From: Alistipes sp.
Lineage (GTDB): Bacteria > Bacteroidota > Bacteroidia > Bacteroidales > Rikenellaceae
Assembly (NCBI GenBank): GCA_020026335.1
Contig: JAHHQO010000009.1
Location: forward strand, 35,286-99,285
Direction of reading: 5' to 3'
Length of the DNA: 64,000 nt
Shown: in pieces, positions 8,781-19,350 of the stretch
Layout of the letters: each line of letters starts with the position of its first letter
Position numbering within the stretch: the first letter of the stretch is position 1
Made by a program: the position numbers and the translations under genes
Notes under the pieces: generated by a model
The model's input: the letters and a program-made list of their open reading frames with translations, nothing else
The model's database searches: none
What the model was told of the DNA's origin: nothing

Positions 8781-9797
8781 ATGGCAGGTTCTAACTTCGT
8801 AGATTACGTTAAGATATTTGCCCGTTCGGGGCATGGCGGTGGTGGCTCGGCTCACTTCCGCAGAGAGAAATTTGTGGCATTCGGCGGTCCCGATGGTGGT
8901 GACGGCGGTAAAGGTGGCAGTATCATTTTGCAGGGTGACCGCCAGTATTGGACGCTCATCCACTTGAAGTATCAGCGTCACCAGTTTGCCGAGAACGGCC
9001 AGAATGGTTCGGGCGCACGTTCGTCGGGTAAGGATGCCAAGGATATTATCATTCCCGTGCCCCTCGGTACGGTCGCCAAGCGTGTGATTGAGAACGAGGA
9101 CGGCACAACAACCATCGAACCTGTTGGTGAGGTGACTGCCGACGGCGAGCAGCTCGTGCTGTTGCAGGGCGGTCGTGGCGGTTTGGGTAACTGGCATTTC
9201 AAGAGTGCCACCAACCAAACTCCCCGTTACGCACAGCCCGGTGAGGAGGGTGATGAGGGTGCTTTCATTCTGGAGTTGAAGGTGCTGGCCGATGTAGGTC
9301 TGGTGGGCTTCCCCAATGCAGGTAAGTCAACCCTGCTGTCGGTGGTATCGGCTGCGAAGCCCAAGATTGCCAACTACGCATTCACCACGCTGGAGCCTAA
9401 CCTTGGTATCGTGGAGACACGTAACCACAAATCGTTCGTCATGGCCGACATCCCCGGTATCATCGAGGGCGCACACGAGGGTAAGGGTCTCGGAACCCGT
9501 TTCCTGCGCCATATCGAGCGTAACTCGGTATTGCTGTTCATGGTGCCTGCCGACAGTGACGATGTGAAAAAGGATTACGAAATCCTGCTGGGCGAGCTGA
9601 CACAGTATAACCCCGAGTTGCTGGACAAGCAGCGTCTGCTGGCCATCACCAAGTGCGATATGCTGGACGACGAACTGATTGAGGCGATGAAGGAACACTT
9701 GCCGGAGGGAATTCCCGCCGTCTTCATTTCATCGGTTTCGGGCTTGGGTATCACCCAGCTCAAGGATATGTTGTGGAATGCACTTCAAGAGGAGTAA
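8781..9797 (+). CDS. obg: GTPase ObgE/CgtA
   Basis: FVDYVKI..RSGHGG.G..HFRREK. Glycine-rich Obg fold. [10 protein letters not shown]1 motif. Confidence 0.95.
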   Translation: MAGSNFVDYVKIFARSGHGGGGSAHFRREKFVAFGGPDGGDGGKGGSIILQGDRQYWTLIHLKYQRHQFAENGQNGSGARSSGKDAKDIIIPVPLGTVAKRVIENEDGTTTIEPVGEVTADGEQLVLLQGGRGGLGNWHFKSATNQTPRYAQPGEEGDEGAFILELKVLADVGLVGFPNAGKSTLLSVVSAAKPKIANYAFTTLEPNLGIVETRNHKSFVMADIPGIIEGAHEGKGLGTRFLRHIERNSVLLFMVPADSDDVKKDYEILLGELTQYNPELLDKQRLLAITKCDMLDDELIEAMKEHLPEGIPAVFISSVSGLGITQLKDMLWNALQEE

Positions 9798-10563
9798 ATA
9801 ACTCGGTTTCGAAATTGGAGATACGTATGGTGTATCTGCCGTTGAAGAAATCCAAAATACCATAGAGAGAGCCGTTGCCTTCGGGTAGCGGCTCTTTTGC
9901 GTAATGACACGACCACAGGGTGCGAACGATGATGGAGTCTCCGCCACGCTCTTTCAATACGTGTTCCGTGGTGATGTGTCGTCCGCTTTCGGGGTCGATG
10001 GCACACCATTTGGCAGGGCTTGCGAAGTGCACATCGTCCAATGCAATGTAGGTATCTACATCGCGTGGTGTCAGCTCCGCAATTCTGCGGTGATGGGGTA
10101 TGCGGTGGTCTGTGGTGCTGTCGTCTACCTTGATGTGGAGGTCGAGTTCCGAGCGCGGAATGAAAAAATCATCTCCGTCTCCGACCTTACCCAACACTAC
10201 TTTGCCGCCGTAGTCCATCAGTGTGAGCCCGTTGCAGAGTACGGAAACCGTACTTCCGATTTTGTAACGGAGGGGCGATTTTGACGGATAGTCGGCATTG
10301 ATGGTGATGCCTGCCGTGGCGTCCTGTATGACCAGTGAACGGTAAAATTCGCCATAGCGGTTGTTACCCGTGACGGTGCCACGGACGATGATGTGCTCGG
10401 TGATGGGGTAGTGCGAGTCGGCGCACAACGATTTGAGATAGAGAATCGAGGAGATGGTTTCCTTGTCATTGTCGCCATCGCCGTGCAGGGTCGAGGTTTT
10501 GCTACAAGAGAGCAGAAGCAGTGCCGACAGCAGCGACACGAAGCGGTGAAAGTTGACAATCAT
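9760..10563 (-). CDS. DUF5689 domain-containing lipoprotein (paralog 2)
   Basis: Signal peptide with LLLSC lipobox. [28 protein letters not shown] matches the DUF5689 OB-like core. Confidence 0.8.
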   Translation of the reverse strand: MIVNFHRFVSLLSALLLLSCSKTSTLHGDGDNDKETISSILYLKSLCADSHYPITEHIIVRGTVTGNNRYGEFYRSLVIQDATAGITINADYPSKSPLRYKIGSTVSVLCNGLTLMDYGGKVVLGKVGDGDDFFIPRSELDLHIKVDDSTTDHRIPHHRRIAELTPRDVDTYIALDDVHFASPAKWCAIDPESGRHITTEHVLKERGGDSIIVRTLWSCHYAKEPLPEGNGSLYGILDFFNGRYTIRISNFETELFTPLEVHSTTYP

Positions 10564-11335
10564 TTTTATCTCTTAATTTTATGCTGAAACACTCCTCGCC
10601 TGCGATGTTCTCGTATTGCAGAATACCTGTCAGACTACATTGCCCTTCGGGAATCTCCTGCTGAGCAAAACGTGCGTAGCGGCGTACAAAAGTGTGAATG
10701 GAGCGACCATCCGTGTCTACGAAACGCTTGTCACCGACCCATGTGCGGTCGATCGCTTCTCCTTCAACGGGCGGAAGCGGCGAGAACCGTACTCCGCTGA
10801 CACGAACCAGCTGACCGCATAACCCTTCGTGAAGTTCCGCCACGGAGACCTCCAAAGGGGTGATTTCCTCGGCCTGCGTGGTCGCGCGACAGATGATTTT
10901 GTCGAGGGTGGCTGCCGTCGAAGCCAAATAATCCACCCTGTAACCACTGCCGCTCAACGGAGGTCGTCCGACCTGTATCGTTCCGCGACTCTTGCAGAGT
11001 TTCAGCCCTTGCAGACGGAGTGTGAGGTCGGTACCCTCGGGGTAGGAATTGTGCAGATGATTCAATCCTGCCATGACCTCCAACGCAGCGTCACCGTCCT
11101 GAATAAAGAGGGTGCGGTAGAAATTCTCTCCGCGGTCATCGGTCGAGACCCGTCCTCTGACGACAATGTCACCCTTTATCATCATCTCCTCGCTCACCAG
11201 CTCATCGCGCAGTTGTGCAAGGGTATAATTCACCACAGCATTCCCCTCGCCGGGTGTCCGCTCCGAAAAAGAGGTGTCATAACACCCTGCGAAGAGCAGT
11301 GTGGCAAGCAGGCCGAGACGAAGCGGAAGAAGCAT
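10502..11335 (-). CDS. DUF5689 domain-containing lipoprotein (paralog 1)
   Basis: LLFAGC lipobox. TLAQLR...I.VRGRVSTDDRGENFYRTLFIQDGDAAL. Its 3' end overlaps the next gene by 62 nt. Confidence 0.8.
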   Translation of the reverse strand: MLLPLRLGLLATLLFAGCYDTSFSERTPGEGNAVVNYTLAQLRDELVSEEMMIKGDIVVRGRVSTDDRGENFYRTLFIQDGDAALEVMAGLNHLHNSYPEGTDLTLRLQGLKLCKSRGTIQVGRPPLSGSGYRVDYLASTAATLDKIICRATTQAEEITPLEVSVAELHEGLCGQLVRVSGVRFSPLPPVEGEAIDRTWVGDKRFVDTDGRSIHTFVRRYARFAQQEIPEGQCSLTGILQYENIAGEECFSIKLRDKNDCQLSPLRVAAVGTASALL

Positions 11336-11336
11336 A

Positions 11337-12563
11337 CTATCGTTCTTCGATTCGTGAATCCTTCAATCCGAGGAAGTAGAGAATACCATCGAGACCGATG
11401 GTCGAAATCGACTGCTGGGCGGTGGCTTTCACCTTGGGTTTGGCGTGGAAGGCAATACCCAAACCTGCGAGGTTGAGCATCGGGAGGTCGTTTGCACCGT
11501 CACCCACGGCTACCGACTGTTCGATGTTGATGTTCTCAAACTGACACAGCAGGCGGAGCAGCTCTGCCTTGCGGCGTCCATCTACTACCTCGCCGAGATA
11601 GCGGCCTGTCAGATGTCCGTCCTCAATCTCCAATTCATTGGCGTAGACATAGTCAAATCCGTATTTGCGGCGCAGGTAGTTGCCGAAGTAGGTGAAACCA
11701 CCCGAAAGAATGGCGGTCTTGTAGCCCACACGCTTCAAGATGGTCATCATACGCTCCAGACCCTCGGTGATGGGCAACTTCTGTGCGATGTCCTCCATGA
11801 CCGAAACATCGAGACCCTTGAGCAGGGCGACACGCTGGGTGAAGCTCTCGCGGAAATCAATCTCGCCGCGCATGGCACTTGCCGTGATGGCTTTCACTTC
11901 GTCACCGACACCGGCACGCATGGCCAGCTCGTCAATGACTTCGGTCTCGATGAGCGTGGAGTCCATATCGAAGCAGATGAGTCGGCGGCTGCGGCGGTAG
12001 ATGTCGTCCTTCTGGAACGACACGTCGAGTCCCGTGTCGGAGAGGTTCATGAATCCCTCGTGCATGGTGTTACGCTCCTCCTGCGTCAGTGAACCGCGCA
12101 CCGAAAGTTCGATGCACGACTTGGTGGCACGATCCTCGTTTTCGAGGGGCATACGGCCGGTGAGTCGTTTGATGGCATCGATGTTGAGTCCGTGTTGTGC
12201 CACCACCTGTGTCACATCGGCGATATGGCGTGCCGTGACCTTGCGTCCCAGGAGGGTGATGATGTAGCGGTTCTTGCCCTGACTGGCCACCCACTGGTTG
12301 TACTTCTCCTCCGAAATGGGAGTGAAACGTATCATCACACCCAGCTCCGAAGCCTTGAAAAGCAACTCCTTCATGATGTTGCCCGACTTGTCGTCGGTGG
12401 TCTTTATCAGAATACCCAGCGTGAGTGACTGGTGAATGTTGGCCTGGCCGATATCGAGAATCGAGGCATCGTAGCGTGCCAGAATTTCGGTCAGCGAAGA
12501 GGTCATGCCGGGCTTGTCTTCACCCGATATGTTGATTTGTATAATTTCGACTCTGTTGTCCAT
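11337..12563 (-). CDS. serB: phosphoserine phosphatase SerB (N-terminal ACT domains)
   Basis: FDMDSTLI (DxDST) and GDGANDL motifs. I prefer ATG 12563, because the track start 12602 is GTG and lies upstream of the TSS predicted from the -7 box. Confidence 0.9.
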   Translation of the reverse strand: MDNRVEIIQINISGEDKPGMTSSLTEILARYDASILDIGQANIHQSLTLGILIKTTDDKSGNIMKELLFKASELGVMIRFTPISEEKYNQWVASQGKNRYIITLLGRKVTARHIADVTQVVAQHGLNIDAIKRLTGRMPLENEDRATKSCIELSVRGSLTQEERNTMHEGFMNLSDTGLDVSFQKDDIYRRSRRLICFDMDSTLIETEVIDELAMRAGVGDEVKAITASAMRGEIDFRESFTQRVALLKGLDVSVMEDIAQKLPITEGLERMMTILKRVGYKTAILSGGFTYFGNYLRRKYGFDYVYANELEIEDGHLTGRYLGEVVDGRRKAELLRLLCQFENINIEQSVAVGDGANDLPMLNLAGLGIAFHAKPKVKATAQQSISTIGLDGILYFLGLKDSRIEER

Positions 12564-12604
12564 TATAATAGGTTTTAGAAGTTCATCGGTAGAAAGAATC
12601 ACTA

Positions 12605-12612
12605 CAAAGTTA
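12605..12612 (-). promoter_or_regulatory. -7 box (TAACTTTG on minus strand) for the serB operon
   Basis: Plus-strand CAAAGTTA. Divergent from the mscS box 23 nt away. Confidence 0.45.
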
Positions 12613-12634
12613 ATAAACTTATCATTTTTTTAGC

Positions 12635-12642
12635 TATTTTTG
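12635..12642 (+). promoter_or_regulatory. -7 box TATTTTTG upstream of the MscS-family gene
   Basis: Exact TAnnTTTG, 13 nt before ATG 12656. Confidence 0.45.
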
Positions 12643-12655
12643 CAAACCAAAAATT

Positions 12656-13591
12656 ATGATTATGTTATTATCATTCCTTCAGACAACAAATGTCCCGGCG
12701 TTCGTTCCCGACAGCGTTCAGAAAGCGAATTTCGCCGAGAGCATTCACAGACTTGTGAATCTGGATATGGGAGAACTGCTCAAAAGCTTCCTCTCCGAGT
12801 CGATATGGATTCTCATCAAGCTGGCCATTGCGCTGGTGATCTATTTCATCGGACGCTGGATTCTCCACCGCATTATCCATATCCTCGACATTGCATTCGA
12901 ACGCCGTAAACTTGATGTTTCGCTCCGTTCGTTCATCCGCAATACGGTGAGTGTGGCGCTGACCGTCATTCTGGTGCTCATCGTGGTACAGACGCTGGGT
13001 GTCAATGTGACATCGCTGATTGCCATCTTCTCGGCAGGTACTCTTGCCATTGGTATGGCGTTGAGCGGTACGGCACAGAACTTTGCCGGCGGACTGATGA
13101 TTCTGCTCATGAAGCCCTACCGTGTGGGTGACTTCATCAATGCTCACGGACAGTCGGGTACCGTAAAGGAAATCAAACTCTTCTCTACGGTGATTATGAC
13201 CCCCGACAACCAGACCATCTATGTACCCAACAACTCCATCGCCACCGCCATCATCAACAACTATTCCACCGCCGAGCATCGCCGTGTGGATTGGAATGTC
13301 GGTATCTCATATGGCGATAACGTAGACACGGCACGTGAGGCTATCCTGAAGATTCTTTCGGAGGACAAGCGCGTTTTGGCAGACCCCGCGGCAGTGGTCT
13401 TTGTTAAGGATTTGGCAGACAGTGCCGTTGTGCTGGCCGTGCGTGCATGGGTGTTGAACAAGGACTATTGGGACGTCTTCTTCTTCAATAACGAGCGTTT
13501 CTACAAGGAGCTGCCCCAGCAGGGTATCAACTTCCCCTTCCCCCAGATGGATATTCATGTTCCCGAGAAGGTCAAGGTGGAGAAGATGTAA
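12656..13591 (+). CDS. mechanosensitive ion channel family protein (MscS-like)
   Basis: Three N-terminal transmembrane helices, then PYRVGDFI...G.V.EI.L..T beta-domain. Confidence 0.9.
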   Translation: MIMLLSFLQTTNVPAFVPDSVQKANFAESIHRLVNLDMGELLKSFLSESIWILIKLAIALVIYFIGRWILHRIIHILDIAFERRKLDVSLRSFIRNTVSVALTVILVLIVVQTLGVNVTSLIAIFSAGTLAIGMALSGTAQNFAGGLMILLMKPYRVGDFINAHGQSGTVKEIKLFSTVIMTPDNQTIYVPNNSIATAIINNYSTAEHRRVDWNVGISYGDNVDTAREAILKILSEDKRVLADPAAVVFVKDLADSAVVLAVRAWVLNKDYWDVFFFNNERFYKELPQQGINFPFPQMDIHVPEKVKVEKM

Positions 13592-13637
13592 AATCGTTAC
13601 CGAGTAATTATTCTATACTTAACTATACAAAACAACT

Positions 13638-14042
13638 ATGGAACTTAAAGAGATTATTGCTATTTCGGGTCAGCCCGGACTTTTCAAATATGTTGCACAG
13701 TCGAGCCGCGGCGTGATTGTCGAGTCTTTGGCCGACGGCAAGAGAATCAACGCAGCCATGAGCTCGAAGATGAGCCTGCTGACCGAGATTTCGATGTTCA
13801 CCGAGGGTGAGGATATCGCTTTGGCAGATGTGTTCACCAAGATTTACGAGAAGGCCGGTGGCAAGGAGTACATCAGCCACAAGGAGTCGCCCGAGAAGTT
13901 GAAGGAAGCATTTGCAGCCGTTCTTCCCGAGTACGACCGCGAGCGTGTCCACGTATCGGACATCAAGAAGTGCTTCTCGTGGTACAACATCCTCGTGGGT
14001 GCAGGCTTCACAGAGTTCAAACTCCCCGAAGATGAAGAGTAG
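13638..14042 (+). CDS. DUF5606 domain-containing protein
   Basis: LKEIIAISGQPGLFKYV.QS..G.IVESL.DGKR matches the family as I remember it. Confidence 0.7.
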   Translation: MELKEIIAISGQPGLFKYVAQSSRGVIVESLADGKRINAAMSSKMSLLTEISMFTEGEDIALADVFTKIYEKAGGKEYISHKESPEKLKEAFAAVLPEYDRERVHVSDIKKCFSWYNILVGAGFTEFKLPEDEE

Positions 14043-14068
14043 TCCCTTGGGATAATTCCATTTTTCAC

Positions 14069-14108
14069 AGCGGTGATGTGACGAAAGTCGCATCACCGCT
14101 TCTTTTTG
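14069..14108 (+). terminator. rho-independent terminator
   Basis: AGCGGTGATG / CATCACCGCT 10-bp stem, followed by TCTTTTTG. Confidence 0.75.
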
Positions 14109-14247
14109 CCCTGTCGGGCGACCTGCTTTTTTTGAGAAGGTCGGTTGTGGGGCGTCGGAGAACGGCAGTAGGAGAGCAGATGAAAAAAAATGTACCCGAG
14201 AGTGTGAATTAATCCAACGATGGAGTACAACGTATCGACTAAATTTT

Positions 14248-14255
14248 TATATTTG
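14248..14255 (+). promoter_or_regulatory. -7 box TATATTTG upstream of the NlpE-like gene
   Basis: Exact TAnnTTTG, 39 nt before ATG 14295. Confidence 0.45.
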
Positions 14256-14294
14256 TAATCATTATTTGGATTAACTCATTAAACTTTTTTTGTT

Positions 14295-14762
14295 ATGAAA
14301 ATGAAGATTGTTTGCATGTTCCTGTTGGCAGCTGCACTGACTGCCTGCAACGGAGCTTCACAGAAGAAAAACAATACCGCTGAGGCCGCTGCCGCTACCG
14401 AAACCGTAGCTGCTGAAACCACCAAAGCCGTAAGTGCAACCGATTACTTCGGTACTTACGAGGGCGTTATTCCCGCAGCCGACTGCGAGGGTATCAAGAC
14501 CGTATTGACCATCAACGAGGACACCACCTACAAACTCGTCAGCGAGGCTCTCGGTGAGAAAGAGGCTGAGGGCGAAGGTGCTGTTGAGACCAACGGTACA
14601 TACAATGTCATCGAGAATGGCCTTATCGAGTTGGTAAGACCTTCATCGGGCGACAAGACCTACTACAAGATTGTAGAGGGTAAGGGTCTGATGCTCTCTG
14701 ACGAGGCAGGCACAATCAACGAGGGTGAGCTGTCGGAGTACTACATCTTGAAGAGAAAGTAA
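14295..14762 (+). CDS. NlpE N-terminal-domain lipoprotein (copper-resistance NlpE-like)
   Basis: LTAC lipobox. Y.G..PAADC.GI...L.I..D.TY motif. Confidence 0.75.
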   Translation: MKMKIVCMFLLAAALTACNGASQKKNNTAEAAAATETVAAETTKAVSATDYFGTYEGVIPAADCEGIKTVLTINEDTTYKLVSEALGEKEAEGEGAVETNGTYNVIENGLIELVRPSSGDKTYYKIVEGKGLMLSDEAGTINEGELSEYYILKRK

Positions 14763-14804
14763 TCTCCCGGCGGAGTTGTCCGAGAGGGCAATACCCTAAA
14801 ATAA

Positions 14805-14836
14805 GAAAGCCGACGTTCTGATGAACGCCGGCTTTT
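14805..14836. terminator. bidirectional terminator between convergent NlpE-like gene and dusB
   Basis: GAAAGCCGACGTT / AACGCCGGCTTTC stem with one G-U pair, flanked by A- and T-rich runs. Confidence 0.7.
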
Positions 14837-14855
14837 CTTGTATCATGTCCGAAGA

Positions 14856-15878
14856 TTAAATATCGTGGGAGAGGGGAGCGGGAACAGCTCCGCTGAGGTC
14901 GTAGTCGCCCCATGTGGCTGCTACATAGTCGAGGGTGGAGAACAATTCGTCGATGTCGAGCGAGGTCACCAGCTTCATGCGTGTGGATTTGAAGTCGGGC
15001 AGTCCCTTGAAATAGTTGGTCAGATGACGGCGCATTTCGAGAATGCCGACATAGTCGCCCTTGATTTCCAGCGATTTCTTGAGGTGCTCCTTGGCGATGG
15101 CCACACGCTCCAACACCGAAGGCTGGGGCAGGGTCTCACCTGTTGCCAAATAGTGCTTTACCTCGCGGAAAATCCACGGACGGCCGTAGGTGGCACGACC
15201 AATCATGATGCCGTCCACACCGTATTTGTCGAACATCTCCTTGGCCTTGGCGCCCGAGTCCACATCTCCGTTGCCGATGATGGGAATATGAATCAGAGGG
15301 TTGTTCTTCACCTTGCCGATGAGTGTCCAATCCGCCTCACCGCGGTACATCTGTGCGCGTGTGCGACCGTGAATGGTCAGCGCGGCGATGCCCACATCCT
15401 GCAGACGGAGGGCAATCTCCTCGATGTTCTTGTTGTCGTCGTCCCAGCCCAAACGGGTCTTCACGGTGACGGGTTTCTTCACGGCCTGCACAATCTGGCG
15501 GGTCATCTCCACCATCAGAGGTACATCCTTCATCATGCCCGAACCGGCACCGCGTCCGGCAATCTTCTTCACCGGACAACCGAAGTTGATGTCGATGATG
15601 TCGGGATTGGCGGCATCGGCCATCTTGGCGGCCTCGACCATCGACTCCAGAATGTGACCGTAGATTTGTATACCCACGGGACGCTCCGCATCGTCAATCT
15701 GTAATTTCTTGAGCGATTTGGCGGCATCGCGAATCAGACCGTCCGAAGAGATGAACTCGGTGTAGACCACATCGGCACCGAATTTCTTGCACATGTATCT
15801 GAATGAGGGGTCGGTGACATCCTCCATGGGAGCGAGGAACAGGGGCTTGTCGCCCAACTCAATATCGGCTATTTTCAT
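14856..15878 (-). CDS. dusB: tRNA dihydrouridine synthase DusB
   Basis: LAPMEDVTD..FR, NFGCP and HGRTR motifs. Confidence 0.93.
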   Translation of the reverse strand: MKIADIELGDKPLFLAPMEDVTDPSFRYMCKKFGADVVYTEFISSDGLIRDAAKSLKKLQIDDAERPVGIQIYGHILESMVEAAKMADAANPDIIDINFGCPVKKIAGRGAGSGMMKDVPLMVEMTRQIVQAVKKPVTVKTRLGWDDDNKNIEEIALRLQDVGIAALTIHGRTRAQMYRGEADWTLIGKVKNNPLIHIPIIGNGDVDSGAKAKEMFDKYGVDGIMIGRATYGRPWIFREVKHYLATGETLPQPSVLERVAIAKEHLKKSLEIKGDYVGILEMRRHLTNYFKGLPDFKSTRMKLVTSLDIDELFSTLDYVAATWGDYDLSGAVPAPLSHDI

Positions 15879-15926
15879 TGAAAAATTATCGTTCTGTTAT
15901 GTGATTTTCTATTGTGAAATTCATCG

Positions 15927-15934
15927 CAAATATA
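15927..15934 (-). promoter_or_regulatory. -7 box (TATATTTG on minus strand) for dusB
   Basis: Plus-strand CAAATATA, 48 nt upstream of ATG 15878. Confidence 0.4.
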
Positions 15935-16018
15935 CGCAATGTTTTGCGTTTGGTGAAATGATGGGCATATAATGCATATAAATAGTGGCGTAAGGTTGAT
16001 TATTAGACGAAAAAAAGC

Positions 16019-16026
16019 TAAATTTG
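16019..16026 (+). promoter_or_regulatory. -7 box TAAATTTG upstream of argS
   Basis: Exact TAnnTTTG, 26 nt before ATG 16053. Confidence 0.5.
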
Positions 16027-16052
16027 CAACCAATTTAGTCATGATTTAGAAT

Positions 16053-17834
16053 ATGAATATTGAGAACTTTATTTCGGATGTAGTGCGCCAGTCTGTGGAG
16101 GCACTCTATGGACCTCTCGAAGGAGAGCAGTTACAGATTCAGAAAACCCGTAAAGAATTTGAGGGTGATTATACACTTGTAACCTTTCCCCTGTTGCGAC
16201 GAAGTCGAAAGTCGCCCGAGGCCACCGCAACCGAAATCGGTGAATATATGACTGCCAACGTTCCCGAAATCAAGTCGTTCAATGTCATCAAGGGCTTCTT
16301 GAACCTGGTGCTGGACGGCGCGTTCTGGGCAAAGCGTTTCGAGGAGATTTTCGCCGATGAGAAGTTTGGTGAGGCGGAGCCTACGGGTCGTACCATTATG
16401 ATTGAGTATTCGTCACCCAATACCAACAAGCCCCTTCACCTGGGTCATATTCGCAACAACCTGCTCGGTTATTCGGTGGCACAGATTCTTAAGGCCAACG
16501 GTCACAACGTGATGAAGGTGAACCTGGTCAATGACCGCGGTATTCACATCTGCAAGTCGATGCTGGCATGGAAACTCTACGGTAACGGTGAGACTCCCGA
16601 ATCGACAGGCATGAAGGGTGACCACCTCGTGGGTAAATACTACGTGGAGTTCGATAAGCACTACAAGGCTCAGATTAAGGAGCTGATGGCTGCCGGACAG
16701 AGCGAGGACGAGGCCAAGAAGAATGCTCCCGTCATGTTGCAGGCACAGGAGATGTTGCGCAAGTGGGAGGCCAAGGATCCTGAGGTATATGCTTTGTGGA
16801 AGACCATGAACGGCTGGGTATACAAAGGCTTCGATGTTACATATAAGGCACTCGGCGTTGATTTCGATAAGGTATATTACGAGTCTCAAACTTACCTGTT
16901 GGGTAAGTCGCTGGTCGAGGAGGGTCTCCAGAAGGGCGTCTTCTACCGCCGTGACGACAACTCGGTATGGATTGACCTTACCGGTGACGGACTGGACGAG
17001 AAGCTGCTCCTCCGCGGTGACGGCACCTCTGTATATATGACCCAGGATTTGGGTACTGCATATCGTCGTTTCGAGGACAACAAGCTCGATGATATGATTT
17101 ATGTAGTGGGTAACGAGCAGAACTACCACTTCCAGGTGCTGAAGCTCGTCCTCAAGAAGTTGGGCTATGCCGACTGGAGCGACCACATCACCCACCTTTC
17201 CTACGGTATGGTGGAGTTGCCCGAGGGTAAGATGAAGTCGCGAGAGGGTACCGTTGTCGATGCCGACGATTTGATTGCCGACATGGTGGCTACCGCACGC
17301 GAGATTTCCGATGAGATGGGCAAGCTCAACGACTGCTCGGAAGAGGAGGCACAGAGCATCTCGAACATGGTGGGTCTGGGTGCCTTGAAGTACTTCATCT
17401 TGAAGGTCGATCCCAAGAAGACCATGTTGTTCGACCCCAAGGAGTCCATCGACTTCAACGGCAACACCGGTCCGTTCATTCAGTACACCCACGCACGTAT
17501 CCGCTCGATTATGCGTAAGGCTGCCGAGGCGGGTATCGACTTCAGTGGTGCTGCAAATGTAGAGTTCCTGCCCGAGGAGATTGGGCTGGTGAAAGCCATC
17601 TCGGAGTATCCTGCCATCGTGAAGCTGGCCGGTGATACCTTCTCACCCTCGGTGATCTGTAACTACATCTACGAGCTGGCCAAGTCGTTCAACGGCTACT
17701 ACCACGACCACTCGATTCTCAAGGAGGAGAACGCCGAGGTACGCAAGATGCGTATCCAGTTGGCCGACGAGGTGTCGAGAGTTATCAGCAAGGGTATGAA
17801 ACTCATGGGTATCGACGTACCCGAACGAATGTAA
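16053..17834 (+). CDS. argS: arginine--tRNA ligase
   Basis: SPNTNKPLHLGHIRN (HIGH motif) and a C-terminal anticodon-binding DALR region. Confidence 0.95.
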   Translation: MNIENFISDVVRQSVEALYGPLEGEQLQIQKTRKEFEGDYTLVTFPLLRRSRKSPEATATEIGEYMTANVPEIKSFNVIKGFLNLVLDGAFWAKRFEEIFADEKFGEAEPTGRTIMIEYSSPNTNKPLHLGHIRNNLLGYSVAQILKANGHNVMKVNLVNDRGIHICKSMLAWKLYGNGETPESTGMKGDHLVGKYYVEFDKHYKAQIKELMAAGQSEDEAKKNAPVMLQAQEMLRKWEAKDPEVYALWKTMNGWVYKGFDVTYKALGVDFDKVYYESQTYLLGKSLVEEGLQKGVFYRRDDNSVWIDLTGDGLDEKLLLRGDGTSVYMTQDLGTAYRRFEDNKLDDMIYVVGNEQNYHFQVLKLVLKKLGYADWSDHITHLSYGMVELPEGKMKSREGTVVDADDLIADMVATAREISDEMGKLNDCSEEEAQSISNMVGLGALKYFILKVDPKKTMLFDPKESIDFNGNTGPFIQYTHARIRSIMRKAAEAGIDFSGAANVEFLPEEIGLVKAISEYPAIVKLAGDTFSPSVICNYIYELAKSFNGYYHDHSILKEENAEVRKMRIQLADEVSRVISKGMKLMGIDVPERM

Positions 17835-17845
17835 TAAACCATCTT

Positions 17846-17880
17846 AAACAGAGGAGTTACAACAACTCCTCTGTTTTTTT
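17846..17880 (+). terminator. rho-independent terminator of argS
   Basis: AAACAGAGGAGTT / AACTCCTCTGTTT 13-bp stem plus a T7 run. Confidence 0.85.
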
Positions 17881-18011
17881 GCGTACATCCCGGTGAGAGA
17901 GTCCGAAAAAACGATTTGCGACAGCGAAAAATATTCGGTTTTTTGTTGATAAAGTCTGATGTCAAATTGTGTTTTTACGAGATTATTTTCTAACTTTGGG
18001 TGCAAAAAATA

Positions 18012-18019
18012 TATTTTTG
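18012..18019 (+). promoter_or_regulatory. -7 box TATTTTTG upstream of purA
   Basis: Exact TAnnTTTG, 23 nt before ATG 18043. Confidence 0.5.
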
Positions 18020-18042
18020 AACTATAATTTAATCGAAAAATA

Positions 18043-19314
18043 ATGAAAAAGGTAGACGTTATCCTCGGCCTGCAATGGGGAGACGAGGGCAAAGGCAAAG
18101 TAGTTGATGTTTTGACACCCCACTATGAGGTGGTAGCACGTTTCCAGGGTGGTCCCAACGCGGGTCACACATTGGAGTTCGGCGGTGAGAAATATGTACT
18201 TCGCTCGATTCCCTCGGGTATTTTCCAGGGCGGAAAAATCAATATTATCGGTAACGGTGTCGTTCTCGATGCAATTTTGTTCCGCGGTGAGGCTGAAGAG
18301 TTGGCCAAGAGCGGTCACGATTTGACTCAGCGTCTTTACATCTCGAAGAAGGCACACCTCATTCTGCCTACTCACCGTATTCTCGATGCAGCATACGAGG
18401 CTGCAAAGGGTAGTGCCAAGATTGGTACCACCGGTAAGGGTATCGGCCCCACCTACACCGACAAAATCAGCCGTAACGGTATGCGCGTGGGTGACCTCCT
18501 GAGCCCCGACTTCGAGAAAATTTATGCCGCTCACAAGGCACGTCACGAGCAGATTCTCCACGACCTCCACTATGAGTACGACATCACCGAGCTGGAGAAG
18601 CAGTGGTTCGAGGCCGTAGAGTTCCTCAAGCGTTTCCACCTGGTGGACAGCGAGTACTTCATCAACGAGACCCTTCGCGATGACAAGAGCATCTTGGCAG
18701 AGGGCGCACAGGGTACACTGCTTGATGTGGACTTCGGTTCTTATCCCTTCGTTACTTCGTCAAATACCGTTTGTGCCGGAGCTTGTACAGGTCTGGGTAT
18801 TGCTCCCAACCGTGTGGGTGAGGTCTTCGGTATCTTCAAGGCATATTGCACCCGCGTGGGTAGCGGTCCGTTCCCCACAGAGTTGTTCGATGAGACAGGT
18901 GCCACACTGCGCCAGCTGGGTCACGAGTTCGGTGCCGTAACCGGTCGTGAGCGTCGTTGTGGTTGGTTGGATATGGTCGCTCTGAAGTATTCTATCATGA
19001 TTAACGGTGTTACACAGCTGATTATGATGAAGTCTGACGTGATGAACGACTTCGAGACCATCAAGGTGGCTACCGGTTACGAGATTGACGGCGAGAAGAC
19101 CAACTATTTCCCCTTCTCGGTCAATGACGAGAGCAGCATCAAGCCCATCTACACCGAGTTCGAGGGTTGGAAATGCGACCTGCGCAGCTGCAAGTCTTAT
19201 GACGAGTTCCCCGCAGCATTCAAGAATTATGTAGAATTTATCGAGCGCGAGACAGGTGTGCCTGTCAAGATTATCTCTGTCGGTCCCGACCGCAGCGAGA
19301 CTATCGTTCGATAA
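18043..19314 (+). CDS. purA: adenylosuccinate synthase
   Basis: GLQWGDEGKGK P-loop and GTTGKGIGP motif. Confidence 0.96.
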   Translation: MKKVDVILGLQWGDEGKGKVVDVLTPHYEVVARFQGGPNAGHTLEFGGEKYVLRSIPSGIFQGGKINIIGNGVVLDAILFRGEAEELAKSGHDLTQRLYISKKAHLILPTHRILDAAYEAAKGSAKIGTTGKGIGPTYTDKISRNGMRVGDLLSPDFEKIYAAHKARHEQILHDLHYEYDITELEKQWFEAVEFLKRFHLVDSEYFINETLRDDKSILAEGAQGTLLDVDFGSYPFVTSSNTVCAGACTGLGIAPNRVGEVFGIFKAYCTRVGSGPFPTELFDETGATLRQLGHEFGAVTGRERRCGWLDMVALKYSIMINGVTQLIMMKSDVMNDFETIKVATGYEIDGEKTNYFPFSVNDESSIKPIYTEFEGWKCDLRSCKSYDEFPAAFKNYVEFIERETGVPVKIISVGPDRSETIVR

Positions 19315-19350
19315 AAGAAACCTACCATAAGCTTCAAAACTAAACCTACT

